Positions 45,229 to 58,560 of a stretch of DNA of 64,000 nucleotides are shown piece by piece. The DNA is from Selaginella moellendorffii (lineage: Eukaryota > Plantae > Lycopodiophyta). The notes under the pieces are model-generated. The model saw only the letters and a program-made list of their open reading frames with translations, was not told where the DNA came from and searched no databases. The stretch spans positions 817,609 through 881,608 of the forward strand of contig NW_003314326.1 of the NCBI RefSeq assembly GCF_000143415.4, in the 5' to 3' direction. A program made the translations under genes and the position numbers. Within the stretch, counting starts at the first letter, position 1. Every line of letters starts with the position of its first letter.

Positions 45229-48200
45229 CTTCCACGTGTCATGTGTTGGTCCTTTTTGGGTCCCTTTTTGGAGCCTCGCTTATTGTTTGCTTTGTGCTCA
45301 TTCCTCGAGCACTTCGATGGGAGTTCCACTCCCGCTCTTGACTTTTCAAGTCGGAGCTTTTGGTCCAAACGTGTTACGCTCGTTTGGCTCTTGCTTCGGC
45401 CACTACCACGTGGCACCCTTCCGGCTCCACTTTGGGGCCTGGGGATTTTGTGTCTCACAACTCCACCACCCATAGACGAAGTTCGATGTCCTCATCGAAC
45501 GGTAAACCATTTTGTAAAGTAACACTCGCATGTGTTACCATTTCCATCCTTGGCACTCAGCCAACATCTGTCTATGGTTTGACATTGAAGGCTCACCATG
45601 CCTTATCCATTCTCTAAGGAGCATAGTCCCTCCAACATAGAGACTCATTCGGCCACCTGGGGTGGTTTGCTCCCTTTTATTGGGTCAGTTTTCGCTAAAC
45701 CTGTTAGAGACACCTTCTCTAACTCAATTCCACTACTCATTCTTGAGTAGTCTCATATTCCATCGACATAACCTTTGCACTTTGGAACTTTTAATTTTGA
45801 CTTCTCAGAGTCAATTTCCTAGATGTCTCCAACACCTTGCATTGCACATATTGTGCAACTCCACTTCCTCATCCTAGGAAGTTCTCTACTCGAAGGCAAC
45901 ATCATCCTCTCTTTGAGTTCGTGCCACCTTTGGCACTAAGTTCCAGTTATCATAATTTGGGCTAGGGTTGTCCACGTCCCTATCATTTGGCTACCTTACC
46001 GCTCCCCCCTTGGAGCTTCCGCTTTCGCCAAACCGGAGCAATTGGGAATCCATCCTTGGAAAATATTGCCTTTCCCACGATCCGTTAACCCCCAATACAT
46101 TAGTGTTCTCGGCCTAACTTTGCATTTGGATTCTTTCCCCTGATTCCCATGGCTCTTTCTTAGCCACTAGTCTTTTGCTCCTATCCTTGATTGTTGCACC
46201 CAGCAACATAGGATCGCTACCTCCATTTTCGAGGTATCCTTTCGGTTCCATAGCAAAGTCTCTTCTTTGCCAAGTCCGGAGGGTGTTCACCCCTAGTATG
46301 TCTCTTTAGCATCTTCTGCTATGGGCTCTATCCACGGCCCGACTTTGTGACCCTCCCCTGGGTCTCTTATAGAGACTACTTTCATTGGACTCACTATGTC
46401 ATCGCATCGACATATCTCATTTCCCTTAGGTGTCCTTCTCACTTGGTCACTTTGACCAAGCCACACCATCATTAATGGTTCCAATCAACACTTTGAACTT
46501 GGAACTTTATTCCTTAACCTCACAAGGACCTTGTCCTTGTTTCGGCCATAAAATCACCCAGTGATCTAACCTTGGCACTTTAACAGGTTTGCTAATAGGT
46601 ATTAGGTCTTCCAGACCTTTAAGTTGTTCACCATGACCCGGCATCCCCCACACTTGGCGGTGCACCCAAGCCAGCCCATCCGGCCAAGGGTCCATGGCAA
46701 TTGAGACTGGGTGTCCCCATCTCATTCACCCCGTCCTTGGTGCCACTTGCACCAAAGCGTTCAAGTTAGATATGCCGAGCTTTCACACTAAGCAATCTAA
46801 CCATGCATCACGACTCCGAGGCATCCCTCGCTTGGTGCTGTGCCCAAACCAGTCTCCCCACTAAGAGTCCATGACCACCAAAATATGAGTGTCCTCACAT
46901 TCCAAACCATCACCACGCCCTAGTCAATTAGGACTCGAACCCAAGCACTAGAGGGTCGGGACTCGAACCCAACCTCCGTATATGCATCTACGGACGGCAT
47001 CACACCGGATGCCTGGCATGACTCCCCACGCCGGTGCACCAACTTATATTTAAAGCGCGCTACAGATCACAACTTAGGAACCTAGTTCCCCCGCACTGCC
47101 AAGTCCTCTCACTTGACAAGTTTGTGATCATGCATGGACTCCTCCATGCTTGGCCCCACGGCCCACCTTTTTTGAAGTTATCACCTTCAACTAGGGTATT
47201 TGTTCCCCTGACTTGCCAATCTCGCTTGGCAAGTCCTCTGACCACTATAACATGGTTTTTGCACAAGCGTGAAAGTCCTTGACTATCAACTTTCGTTCAA
47301 AGCCCTCTCTTTGAACACTCGGGAACTACTTCCCTAACCTTGACAGCCTTGCCTCATGGCAAGCTTCAAGACCACACTTCTGTTGCGCCACTCTGATTTC
47401 GCGCGTTCTATGAACCATTTACACTTGGCCTTTCTAGGTACTAAACTACCTAGAATCGTCTTTGGGAACCTTGAAGGAACTCTGTCCCTTAGCTTGCTAA
47501 GGCCTCCCTTTTTGCAAGCTTTCCAATTGCCACATAGTCTAACATGGACAATTCCATATTTTAGACTCTCCATGGCATCACGGTTGCTAGCGGCAACACC
47601 CTCGAGCCCCCACTTGATTCTCCACTCCCAGCTGGCATAACCAACCTTGGTTATGCCCTTCAATTCCTATAGTTCGGTTCTATCCCCTTACTTCTTGCTT
47701 TTGGCTTCACACCTTTCCTTCGGTCATTCTCCTCTAGACCAGGAGGATAGCTTTGCACTTTCTATCATGCCTTAACAAGTATTCTTAGGGATGAACCTAC
47801 CCAATAGCCCAGGGAGTGGTTCCTCAATCCGGGTATGCTCACCTTATAATCCCACACACTGGGATTACATTGTTGCTTATGGGCCTTTACATGCCCATCA
47901 CTAGCCTTGCCAAAATTCCATTTTTGGCTTTGTCCAACTCGGGTAGACAGTCCTCTCCTGTCTCCGCAACCTTGGACATTTGGATAGCACCTTCTATCCA
48001 TCATTCGCTAAGGACTTAGTCCCTTGGGCTTTATCCATTGCCCTCGCGACATCAAACACCACCTTCTGGTGTTCTAGAGTGTTCGGGTGTCCCAATGATG
48101 GCTTTCTTGACAATGAGTATTTCCTTTTATGACATTGACTTACTATATCGCAACACAAGTAACTTATCCCCCGTAAGGGTATATCCAACTTCCCTATGCT

Positions 48201-50576
48201 ATTAAGAAGTCTCGGTTCCTTCTACCCGTTGAACCAGTTATTTTGGACCTCTTGCTTAGTTGCCTCATAGTTGTCAAGTCCTACAACTCATTGTTTGGTG
48301 CTTTCACACCTCCATCATTATCTGGGTCACCACACTCCAACTGCATGCTCTGCAGCTTAGGCTATGCCATTCCCATTTCCATTGGGATTCCTTTGGCAAG
48401 GGGTTCTCATGAACCCACCAACATAGCCTCAAGGTATCACACCTTGGCACATTTGGTGTCTCCACACCATCGGCTCCACCAGCCTACCTCTATAACACTT
48501 CCCCTTCGTGTATAAGTCTTTTGCCAAGACCGACACCGCTCTTTCTCATGCCAACCATCCGTTAGCACTGCACCATAGAGGTCACACACAACTTTGTGTC
48601 AAAGTTGTTTTCTTCTGGGAACACCTTTCCCATAACTTTAGCATGGCACATTTTGCCATCGATGAGATACCCTCTGTTCTCATCCTTGGATCCTATGATC
48701 CCCCCCCCCCCCCCCCCCCATCCTTTGTGGGGTACAACACACCTCCTCAGTCCAAATGTTTCCATCAGTCCTTTTAGGACCATCCCTTGACTCCACTTGA
48801 GTCATCCAGCAGTTTTGGACTTGGTTAATCCACAGATCCGTAAGGTCTTACTTGTGAGGCACTATCTCACTGGAATACACTTCTTGCATTCCTGTCCTAC
48901 TCAAAAGGACTATTTTCACAAGTGTTACTCTGACACTTGATTTTGTTCTCTGGGGGCAACCTTTGCCCCTTAGGACTACTTGTCCATGTGATGAGAATAC
49001 CACTCATCTCTAAGTACACCCCCCAACTCCTTGGGTTGTTCCAGCATTTATTAAAGGTAGCCCCGGCTACCATTTCAAGGACTTGAGTCCTCTTCCGTAT
49101 TTGACCTCCCACGGTCATTATTTCTGGTCTCACATTCATGAGCACCAACCTCAACTATATGAGGATAATCTTGTGACTCCTTTATCGCTTTGGAGTCTTT
49201 ATCTTTCCCGTGATCCCAACTGTAATTGTTTACCACAACTACATTAACCAGTTTACTAAGTCAAACGCTCATCTGGATCACATCCTCAACTCTCTGAGGA
49301 AAACCATATACTGTTCCCAAGATCCCAAAGTCGTTCCATTATTGGCCCTTTTCTATCCACCACCTTGTCTACAAGTTCTCACATGAACTGTAATGGAGAG
49401 CCATGTCTTCTCGACCTGCTACTCCTCAAGGATAGGCCCACTCCTCGGACCTTCTGATGCCAACACCAGTGGTGATATACTTGAGCACCAATAAAAGTCG
49501 GACTAAGGAACAACTCCGATACCAAGTTGTAAGCAACTAATTTTTCCATTTTACTTTAGTCACTTAACCGCACCTCCGACCACTTGGAGGAGTCTCATTC
49601 ACAACCTCCATAAGTCCCAGTTAGGACTTGGGGCATGCTAGCCCTGAGAATGGCATCCTTGCCACTCAACCTTTGCACTTGGTCCAAGTGCTCCACATGT
49701 CCGATCCCATGACCGACACCCCAAGGTACCTCTGACATATCGGCCCGTTACACTAAGGCTATGTCCATTCACCTTGGTCACATTGGTGGTCCAACGCCAC
49801 TTGCATTCCAAACCCGTCTCTCAAAGACTGGGTCATCCGTCCACGAGTGATCATCCCAGATCCACTCCTTAACATCCCTAGAAGGCCTATAGATATGGGG
49901 AATAGCCTTCCCCAATATCTCTGTTCCAGTCCCTACTAAGTCCCTTTCTGCCCTTGGCCGTGTTTGCCAACACTGCCACTGGATCGGGGCCCACAGGCCC
50001 GACCACTAAGTCCCACGGTCCTCTGGGACTTCCTCACCCCACGACCGNNNNNNNNNNNNNNNNNNNNNNNNNNNNNNNNNNNNNNNNNNNNNNNNNNNNN
50101 NNNNNNNNNNNNNNNNNNNNNNNNNNNNNNNNNNNNNNNNNNNNNNNNNNNNNNNNNNNNNNNNNNNNNNNNNNNNNNNNNNNNNNNNNNNNNNNNNNNN
50201 NNNNNNNNNNNNNNNNNNNNNNNNNNNNNNNNNNNNNNNNNNNNNNNNNNNNNNNNNNNNNNNNNNNNNNNNNNNNNNNNNNNNNNNNNNNNNNNNNNNN
50301 NNNNNNNNNNNNNNNNNNNNNNNNNNNNNNNNNNNNNNNNNNNNNNNNNNNNNNNNNNNNNNNNNNNNNNNNNNNNNNNNNNNNNNNNNNNNNNNNNNNN
50401 NNNNNNNNNNNNNNNNNNNNNNNNNNNNNNNNNNNNNNNNNNNNNNNNNNNNNNNNNNNNNNNNNNNNNAACCCCCACACTCTCCCTACTATACTTTTGG
50501 AACCCCCCGCAGCCCCCCCGCCCCCCCCTGGGGGACGATCGCTTTGGGCTTTCACCCAACTGCCTGTATTAGTATT

Positions 50577-50640
50577 CGGACTCGGACTCGGGCTCGAACT
50601 CGGGCTCGGACTCGGTCTCGGTCCCGGTTTCGGACTCGGA

Positions 50641-50674
<34 letters not shown>

Positions 50675-51020
50675 ATTTCGGGTCCATCTCGGACTCCATC
50701 TCGGGTCCATCTCGGACTCCATCTCGGACTCCATCTCGGGTCCATCTCGGACTCCACCTCGGACTCCATCTCGGACTCCATCTCGGGTCCATCTCGGGCT
50801 CCACTTCAGACTCCATCTCGGACTCCGTCTCAGGTCCGTCTCGGACTCCACCTCGGACTCCATCTCGGACTCCATCTCGGGTCCATCTCGGGTCCATCTC
50901 GGACTCCACTTCGGACTCCATCTCGGACTCCGTCTCGGGTCCGTCTCGGACTCCACTTCGGACTCCAACTCGGGTCCATCTCGGACTCCACTTCGGACTC
51001 CAACTCGGGTCCATCTCAGA
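50577..51020. repeat. LTR minisatellite array (5' LTR)
   Basis: Same units, shorter array. Confidence 0.95.
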
Positions 51021-51258
51021 CACTTCCACGTGTCATGTGTTGGTCCTTTTTGGGTCCCTTTTTGGAGCCTCGCTTATTGCTTGCTTTGTGCTCATTCCTC
51101 AAGCACTTCGATGGGAGTTCCACTCCCGCTCTTGACTTTTCAAGTCGGAGCTTTTGGTCCAAATGTGTTACGCTCGTTTGGCTCTTGCTTCGGCCACTAC
51201 CACGTGGCACCCTTCCGGCTCCACTTTGGGGCCTAGGGATTTTGTGTCTCACAATGAC

Positions 51259-51781
51259 TCCATTTGAAAGGTGGACAAGGTCTAAACCTTCTCTGCAGCA
51301 TTTTAAGATTTTTAGTTGTATTGCTTACCCTTTGATTCCAAAAGAGAAGTGACCAAACAAGCTCACTTGCAAGATAGAAAAATGTATTTTCTTAGGTTAT
51401 AGTGATTTCTCTAAAGGATATTGACTTTATTCTTTGGAGAAGAAAAAATTGTACAAGAGGAGAAACATTATCTTTGATGAGACTAATTTCTATTGTGACT
51501 CTACACTTGCACTTGAAACATCTCCACCTTTGAAGATTTAATTGTTAGGATTACATCACTTATTTCACTGGTTGTACCTATTGCAATTCTGCCCCTTTTT
51601 CTTGCAACATCATAGGATCAACTTTACTTGGCTTTATTATTTGAAGGCAATGAAGAGTTTTAGAGTGCTCAACCATTGACTCTTGGTTCAATTTTAGTGG
51701 GAGCCATTGTAGCTTCAGTAGGAGTTCTTTCTAATGAGGTACCACATTTAAACTTGTGGTGTTTTAATTGGGTGTTTTGTC
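51259..51781 (+). mobile_element. Copia integrase/SH3 continuation (right part)
   Basis: PFERWTRSKPSLQHFKIFSCIAYPLIPKEK*PNK...KCIFLGYS continues the frame from 43412. Confidence 0.92.
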
Positions 51782-52265
51782 TGGTGACAGAATTTATCAA
51801 GTACTTGGAATGTATTTTGTTTTCGAGGGAGTTATACTCAATTTGGTAGTTCAAATTCGTAGTAACAAAAATATATCTATGAAACAATCTTGGGTTTTCA
51901 TAATTATCTCACTCCTTATATCAATGGCAACATTTTTTGCAAATCATTATAAATTATCAATTATTTTGAAATTGCAATGTAAATCTCAACAACTAAAGAA
52001 TATTGTATGACAAATAAATGCAGAAGTAGAAGACATCAAAAAGGACTTCGAGAAAAACATATTTGAAAATAGAAGAACTATTCAATCCTTTTTAGAAAAA
52101 ACACCACCAAGGGCTATTACTGATATTTTAATTGACATTTATCATCATGTAAGTATTTCAAAAGTAGATTTTACAGAATTAATTAGCATATTAAGACAAC
52201 CATTATTAGTAATATTTATGGTTATGGCTAGATATTTCTCAATATATTTACTATATAAAAAGTAA
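51782..52265 (+). pseudogene. 5'-truncated copy of the TM-protein gene at 30180-30827
   Basis: GDRIYQVLGMYFVFEGVILNLVVQIRS...; in-frame TGA at 52008-52010; 5' end replaced by Copia. Confidence 0.85.
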
Positions 52266-53002
52266 TCTAATGATATTATAACATTTTAAAGAGACTTTGA
52301 GAAAGTAGTAAGAAAAATGCTTTGAGAAAGAACAATAATACTTATGCCAAATAGAATAGAAGATTAAGTAAAAAACAAAAATTGGTTTCTTTTTCATTTG
52401 TGATAGAATATGCTAAAATTGTAGAAAATCATATTATCAATCTTCAGATGTTAGGATGGATATCTTCTTGTGAGAATTACAGTAAATGCTAGGATGCCAT
52501 CAAGGCCAAAACAACGATATACAAGGAGGGAGTGAGATAGAGTAGGTCCCATGCTCCTGAGTTAGCACAGAAATTACTTAGTCAAGATAGACTAAATCTA
52601 TGTGAAATAGAATTTAATTATAAAGTCAAAATATGTCAATTTCAGGGAATAGTGATAAAGAATACTAATATGGAAGCTATTTACTTTTCAAATCACTCAC
52701 CTATTCACAAAGTATGACTTTAAGAAAGGACAATTGTGACACCAGTAAAATGGACTTAGTCATGATTGACTATTTTGCTATATATATATAGGACTACCAG
52801 TAAATCAGTAATAATACACGAATTTTGGGGGTCTTTTGGTGCCCAGCTTGAGGCATGACCACAATGCAATGGATGCAATAGACAGATATGTAAATTCAAG
52901 TTTAATATAGAAGTTGTGCTATGTCTTGAGCATTCTATTCCTACTTTCATTCTATTTGACAATGAATTATTGTTTCTCCCTATAATCTTCTTCTAGAGTG
53001 TA

Positions 53003-53416
53003 ATGGGCATCTCTCATGGGAAGGAAGCAATATTTTCATTGAAGAACAATACTAGCCAGACAATAACGTTGCATGATCAATTTGGGGCTATCTATGGTCC
53101 CCGAATAGGGGATCCTATTTCACCTGGGCAGGAACAAAAAATAAAATTCAAGCTTCCAGGCAGAACCATTCTCAGAATTGCTATTCTTGTGACCGATAAG
53201 AATTGCAGCTTCCCCACAAATCTGCATATTGATGTTAAAGATCTGCAGAATGATAGCTTATTTACAGTCCATGATTCTCCCAGAAGAACTTACACTCTAG
53301 AAAAGGCAAAACTTGACGGGATGGAACGAAAATCAACAGTAAAATATGGGAAGAGCTACAAGCCTGGATTTTATCCATTGGATCCTTCTAGTTCAAGCTC
53401 TATAAATGACGTCTAA
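53003..53416 (+). CDS. 137-aa protein of unknown function (beta-strand-rich pattern)
   Basis: Intronless ATG-TAA ORF, conserved in the mirror copy except for a frameshift; no recognised catalytic motif. Confidence 0.6.
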   Translation: MGISHGKEAIFSLKNNTSQTITLHDQFGAIYGPRIGDPISPGQEQKIKFKLPGRTILRIAILVTDKNCSFPTNLHIDVKDLQNDSLFTVHDSPRRTYTLEKAKLDGMERKSTVKYGKSYKPGFYPLDPSSSSSINDV

Positions 53417-53627
53417 ATCTTATGCCCGTGTTAATAAGAAGAAGAAGATTTATTTTATGGTCACTAGAGCACCTGGAACCGTGGCTTTGTGCCAGATTGG
53501 AAATCTTGCGCCGCTAGCTCACTGATACTGGAACTCGTGCTCCTGCAAAAGTTGGCGTAGTCATGGCATTAAAGGAGATATGCCGTGAGCAGAATATATA
53601 AAGGAATGCTTAAAAAATTTATACGTT

Positions 53628-54495
53628 TCACTTTGTGGCCTGGGCGATCATATTGCTCAGCGAACTGGCTTGCTCTTTCGCGTTCTCTACCAGAGTGTCC
53701 TACAGAATGAGTTTTGAAATATCAGGACTATACCTGAAAAGAAACGGTTCAGTCGATTGATTTCACTCACCTGAGCCGAGATGACGCGAGAGACGGACTT
53801 TTTGCTCGATTCCTGAAGCTCGCCAGCGATTAGAATCTCATCCAGTATGAAATAAGCCTGTCAAAAACACTAACTCAGCAAGTCTAAAAGAGGCCATTGC
53901 TAGAGGACCTTGTGGAAGTTGAAGATGAGATCTAGCTCGCAAACCTATCCCACAGAAGAGAAAAAAAAACCAATCAAGACTCCCCGAGAAGCAAGAAAAA
54001 CTCACATTTCCAAAGTAGCGGTCCAAGACTTGGACATAGTGATGAATCACCTCGAGACCATCCAATTCGTTATCCTCAGAATCCACACAGATGCAAAAGT
54101 AGAGGCTCGCATACCTACGAAAAGAAAGCGAAGAAAGAATTTCCACCAAGAATTGGATCTGTCGATCAAAGAGATCACAGTGTACCTCTTATAGACGACC
54201 TTGAGTCCCTTCCACTCGACAAAATTACAGAGCTTGGGTCCTCTGGGAAGAATGAGCGCGCTGAGCTCGCGAATCGCCTGGATCCATGCCAAACATCAGG
54301 GATCGATAAACCCTAAGGAGAGAGCGATCAGGCAAGAGAGATCACGCCACCTTAAGTCGCTCCTTCTGCGTGTATGGCGAGTACCATTTCGTCAATCGCA
54401 CCTTTCCCTGCCTGCTGATGAGCAGCACGAATCGGATCTGGCGAGAAAAAAACCGCGGATCGATCGACCAAGTTCGTGGCGAAAACACGTACCAT
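53628..54495 (-). CDS. AP-1 complex sigma subunit (161 aa, 7 exons), intact
   Basis: M|[19 protein letters not shown]...|...VVYKR|YASLYF...DRYFGN|[12 protein letters not shown]|AYFILDE...SAQ|[23 protein letters not shown], all with GT-AG introns. Confidence 0.93.
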
Positions 54496-54619
54496 GAGCG
54501 CTCCTCTCCTCTTTAAGCCAAAGCCCTAAATGTAAAGTTTAACCAAAAGGTATTACCTTTTCTTCCAAGGTCAAATTAAATTTTTGCGAAGAACCCTAAT
54601 TTATGTACATTTTTAGGGC

Positions 54620-55273
54620 TCAAAGAGCCGAGCAATCGGTGTTGGCGAATCCGAGCCGCGGGTGCTGGACATCGTAGAGGAAATGGATGTTTTGCTGCTG
54701 GAAATTCCCGATGATCGACATGCCATCCGTGGGAAGAATCGCGAGGCAGTGCTTGGCTTCTTGCGAATCCGGCTGGATGAAATAGTTCTCCTGCGGAAGA
54801 TCCAGCTCGGCTCCGTTTTGGAAGACGATGCCGAGGGCAGGGAATGGCACGGCGGTCCTCCCAGTGGCATTGTAGCAAATCCCCAGGATGTCGAAGGGAT
54901 CGGCCCTAGGGTATGAGATCCTCGCCAGGAACGCGCTCTCCACCGCTCGCTACGCGTCGCGATTGAGGTACGTGAGAGTGGTTCCCGAATCGATGATCGT
55001 CCCGCCGCTTCCATTGGCAGCAATCGCGAATCTCTCGGCCGGGATGGGGAGAAGCTCCTGGTCGATCTTGATCCCCTGGATTCCAAGGTAGTAGAAGGTC
55101 TCCACGGAGTTGTTCGTCCTCACGAATGGCGTGAATCTCATCTGGTGGTGTAGAGGTTTACAAAGGCGGAAGCGATTCGAGAGTGGACAAGCTTGGCTTG
55201 TGAGAGTGTCTTGCACGAGGCGATAAGGCTCAGGCACTCGCGTCTGTCCAGCCTCGTTTCCAAACTAACCATC
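54620..55273 (-). pseudogene. PPR 5' end fused out of frame to aspartic protease 3' end
   Basis: Junction CTCTACACCACC|AGATGAGATTC at ~55144 joins the equivalents of 23362 and 26791; TAC>TAG nonsense at 54950. Confidence 0.92.
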
Positions 55274-55391
55274 AATGCTTTGTCAATCAAATGTGATGTT
55301 GAGAATTAATCATGCCGCTAATGTCAAGTCTCTTTGGCCAAAAAAAAATTCTCACATTTTCTACCGTGGATTCCTTATTCACGTTGCTAAT

Positions 55392-55463
55392 GGGCATTTG
55401 GTCTAGTGGTATGATTCTCGCTTAGGGTGCGAGGGGTCCCGAGTTCACTTCTCGGAATGCCCC
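55392..55463 (+). tRNA. tRNA-Pro(AGG) duplicate, probably impaired
   Basis: Identical to 23004-23075 except an A>G in the variable loop and T-loop TTCAATT>TTCACTT (A58C, B-box). Confidence 0.85.
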
Positions 55464-56204
55464 CAGTTCTGTGCTTCCATCATAAATCCTAGTGACCCTT
55501 GCGGTCCAGGCACAATTCCAGGACCTCCAAATCAGAAATATGCACCCCCTTTGCTCCACTTTTCATCCCAATTGCTATCGTAAGGTTTTCTCAGAGTCTG
55601 GATACGCTTGAAAATGAGATTATAGTAGCCTAAAGTTTTGCAGCCATCAACCTGCCATAACAATGCTTTTCTAAAGTTTTGACCATATGAGTTACCTTCC
55701 AGTAGACAAAGAGTCGAGGTCCTGTTCCTCCATAGAATTCAGGATAAATCTTCAAGAAAGGTTCAGTAAAAGAGAAGTGTGTACATATCTTTCAATTGTG
55801 TTCAACGGGCTTGATTTGTTCGAAATGATCCACAATTGTGCTAAACTGAACTTCGAAGTTTTTTCCGCGTATAGCTCCCAGACATTTATACTTGTTTCCA
55901 AAAAACTCATTGTATCTGTGATAAATTGTCAGCTCTTGAATGTTTGTTACCTCGTGTGTTTCTCTTGTACAATCCTTGTGTGGTATATGGTTCTAGCGCT
56001 GACAGCCTCATAGATCCTTCTTCACCATCTCAGCAAAGATTTGCCCTGCCTGTGTGTCGAAAGAGTCACTCTCAGCAAAGGTTTGCCCTCGGAGGAGTCA
56101 CTCGTGCGAATGACACACTAGGATCTGGAACAGTTGGGACAAGATCTTGAACTCTTTTAAAAAATTTAAGATAAAGATAAAACTTTAAGAATTGAACTAA
56201 CTTA

Positions 56205-56555
56205 GGGGGTGCCTTTTCCTTCAGCCAAAAGGTCCAAATCAGTATATAATTAGGGTTACATTGAATAACCCTTAAGGAAAATTACAAAATGAATTGTAGT
56301 TATTGTCATTCTTCAGACTTGTTCTTACAAGGTTCAAACACTGGTGGGAAATATCAAGAGTATTGTAAACATTGCAACAAGCTATGCTGGAAAGGTGGCC
56401 AGAAGAAAGTTGAGGAGCAACATAGCTCGTTTAAGTTGGTCTTGCAAGACTTGAATAAATGTCCTCCAGTGACAAAGAAATCCTTGGTTTTGTTCTAAGA
56501 TGGCCAAGTGATCACTTTGGCGCAAAATCCTTTAGAGATTTCTTGAGCAATTTGT
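56205..56555 (+). repeat. BED-finger-like repeat, copy C
   Basis: ORF 56289..56498 matches copies A and B with a 6-bp deletion. Confidence 0.6.
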
Positions 56556-57409
56556 ACAAACGTCAAAGTTCCCCATCAGGAAGCTCAAAGAAACAAAATA
56601 TTCCATTCTTTTGCTTATGCAATGAAACATAAGGTCCCCATTCCATTTCCATTTACTCATTCCACTTAAAAACAATAAAAATATAGTAAATCAAGCGGGT
56701 TTTCAATTGTCATTCTGTTTTGATTGTCGTAGGATCAAGTTGACGTTGTCAACGATTCCTTTAGTTGGCTTAGCAAAGAAAAACCCCGTTTGGAGAAACG
56801 CATAGGCCAAAGCAGTTGCAAAATAGAAGTTGGCATACCGATGGGTCGACAACCGTCATCAAAATAAAAGAAAGGAAAATCGGTCGGTGATAGAAGTATA
56901 TAGATAGTGGTGCTATCAGGCAAAATATGTTGCCATGAAACACCGACCTCAGATTTCTTGGCGCAATTTTAACAACACTCCACGTTAACTTCTTTTGGCC
57001 AAAGTTGATGGATGGACCTCAGAAACGTTCCGTATAGACTGGTTTGATAGCTTGAATGCTTGAGGTAATCACCTGCACGGAACGTTTCTGGGGTTCCACA
57101 GTCAGAAATCCGAGGTCGCAAGAAGACCCATGCTGGGAAAGATTGACGATAGAGCAGTTTTGTCTTCTTTGATTTCCAAGTACACAAGTTACGAAGAAGA
57201 TATTGCGACCCTCATCGATCTGCAAATCAAAGAGTTTCTCCCTTCATTATTTTCGTCATCTTCGAAGAATGTCAGAAACAGAAGCATTGCTGCGGATGGT
57301 ATGCTTCTTACATTCTTACGCAGCAGCAGATCTCAATGAGGAGATGAGAGATTTTCTCTGAGACGTGACTCCTCCGTTTTTCACAAATCATACGGTTTGT
57401 TTCCTTTTT

Positions 57410-58560
57410 TTCAAACCCTTGTGAACACATAGATTCCGAATTGCAGTTATCAAATGGAGACATCATCCTCTGCGTCCCAATTAAAAATCAACTGTCTGTA
57501 AGAAACCAGACACTGCAGCTTCTGGTAAGTTGTGCAGCATTCCTCGTTTAGCCCCTCAAATGATGAACAAAAAAGAGCACAATCGATCAGAAAATTCCGG
57601 TCAGCTGTTTGGTCTAGAAGTTGGATCGTGCAAGAAAAACACAATCCCGGTGTTGCAAACTTCGAATACCATAGCCGCAAGATTTGGTTCTGTGAGGAAG
57701 CTAATCATAAAACATTCCTATGGAAAAAATCGAGTGCCATTGGCTGATGAAGAACCTGATCTGAGCAAAACTCTCAAGAGTTGACGATACTTTGCATGAT
57801 CTGCAACGAGTTGAACGGCAACTTTAAAGAGATGGAAACAACTAGAAATGATTGGGAGCCATATGTGGAACAAACTTCCGAGTTCAGTCTAGCGCAGTTG
57901 TGGATCACCTCAAACAAATTAGGCCCAGTGAACAAAATTGAAGCAGGATGGCAGGTATGTGGAAATTCAAGTGTTTCTATACTGAACCTTGAGGAAGTGG
58001 GCCTCGACTCTTTGTCTACTGGACAGTAAATCAGATTGGTAATAAAACATTTTATAAGAATTGTCAACATTTGGCAGGCCGATGGCTACATAAATACTGG
58101 ATGCTATAACCTGTACAGACTCTAGACCTGGAAAACACGTAAGGTTATCTCATATATTGTGTAGAGTCTGGAGTGGATACGCTCGAAAATGTTCCTCCTA
58201 GTATGTATTTGTTGCTTAAGCCTTGGCTGAATTTTTCAGGACGATGGCTCAAAGAATTGGTGGTTACAAAATTGACGGGTAAATCTATTCTAATTTCTAC
58301 AGAATGACACTTTGGAAGTTACTATGATAAAGAAAACGGAGCAAGACACACAAAGACTGATATGGGAAGTGGAGAATTTCCATCCCAGGGATATGGTAAT
58401 TTGCATACCAGAGAAGAATACAGTACCTGGATTCTAGTGGTGCGATGCAGCCAACAATTGGGATGAAAAGAGAAGCTGAAACACCTAAATTGCTATACTG
58501 CTACTAGTGTCTCGGCTATGAATGGGGCATATTTCTTCTTTGGAGGCCCTGGCAGTGCCT
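57410..58560 (+). pseudogene. Neprosin-like pseudogene
   Basis: Mirror of 19900-21115; ADGYINTGCYNL and YFFFGGPG recognisable. Confidence 0.88.

Larger units (their letters stand above)
43413..51253 (-). mobile_element. Complete non-autonomous LTR retrotransposon (probably Gypsy-derived), TSD ATGAC
   Basis: LTRs 43413-45459 and 49528-51253 (TG...CA); TSD ATGAC at 43408-43412 and 51254-51258; PBS TGGTATCGGAG at 49524-49514; PPT GGGTGGTGGAGT at 45471-45460. The ~4-kb internal region has no long ORF. Confidence 0.95.

Noticed and set aside
44559-45522. Long Ser/Asp/Pro/Arg-repeat ORFs (also 4923-5616 and 49936-51236)
   Set aside because: Stop-poor LTR minisatellite and N-gap read-through; no coding evidence.
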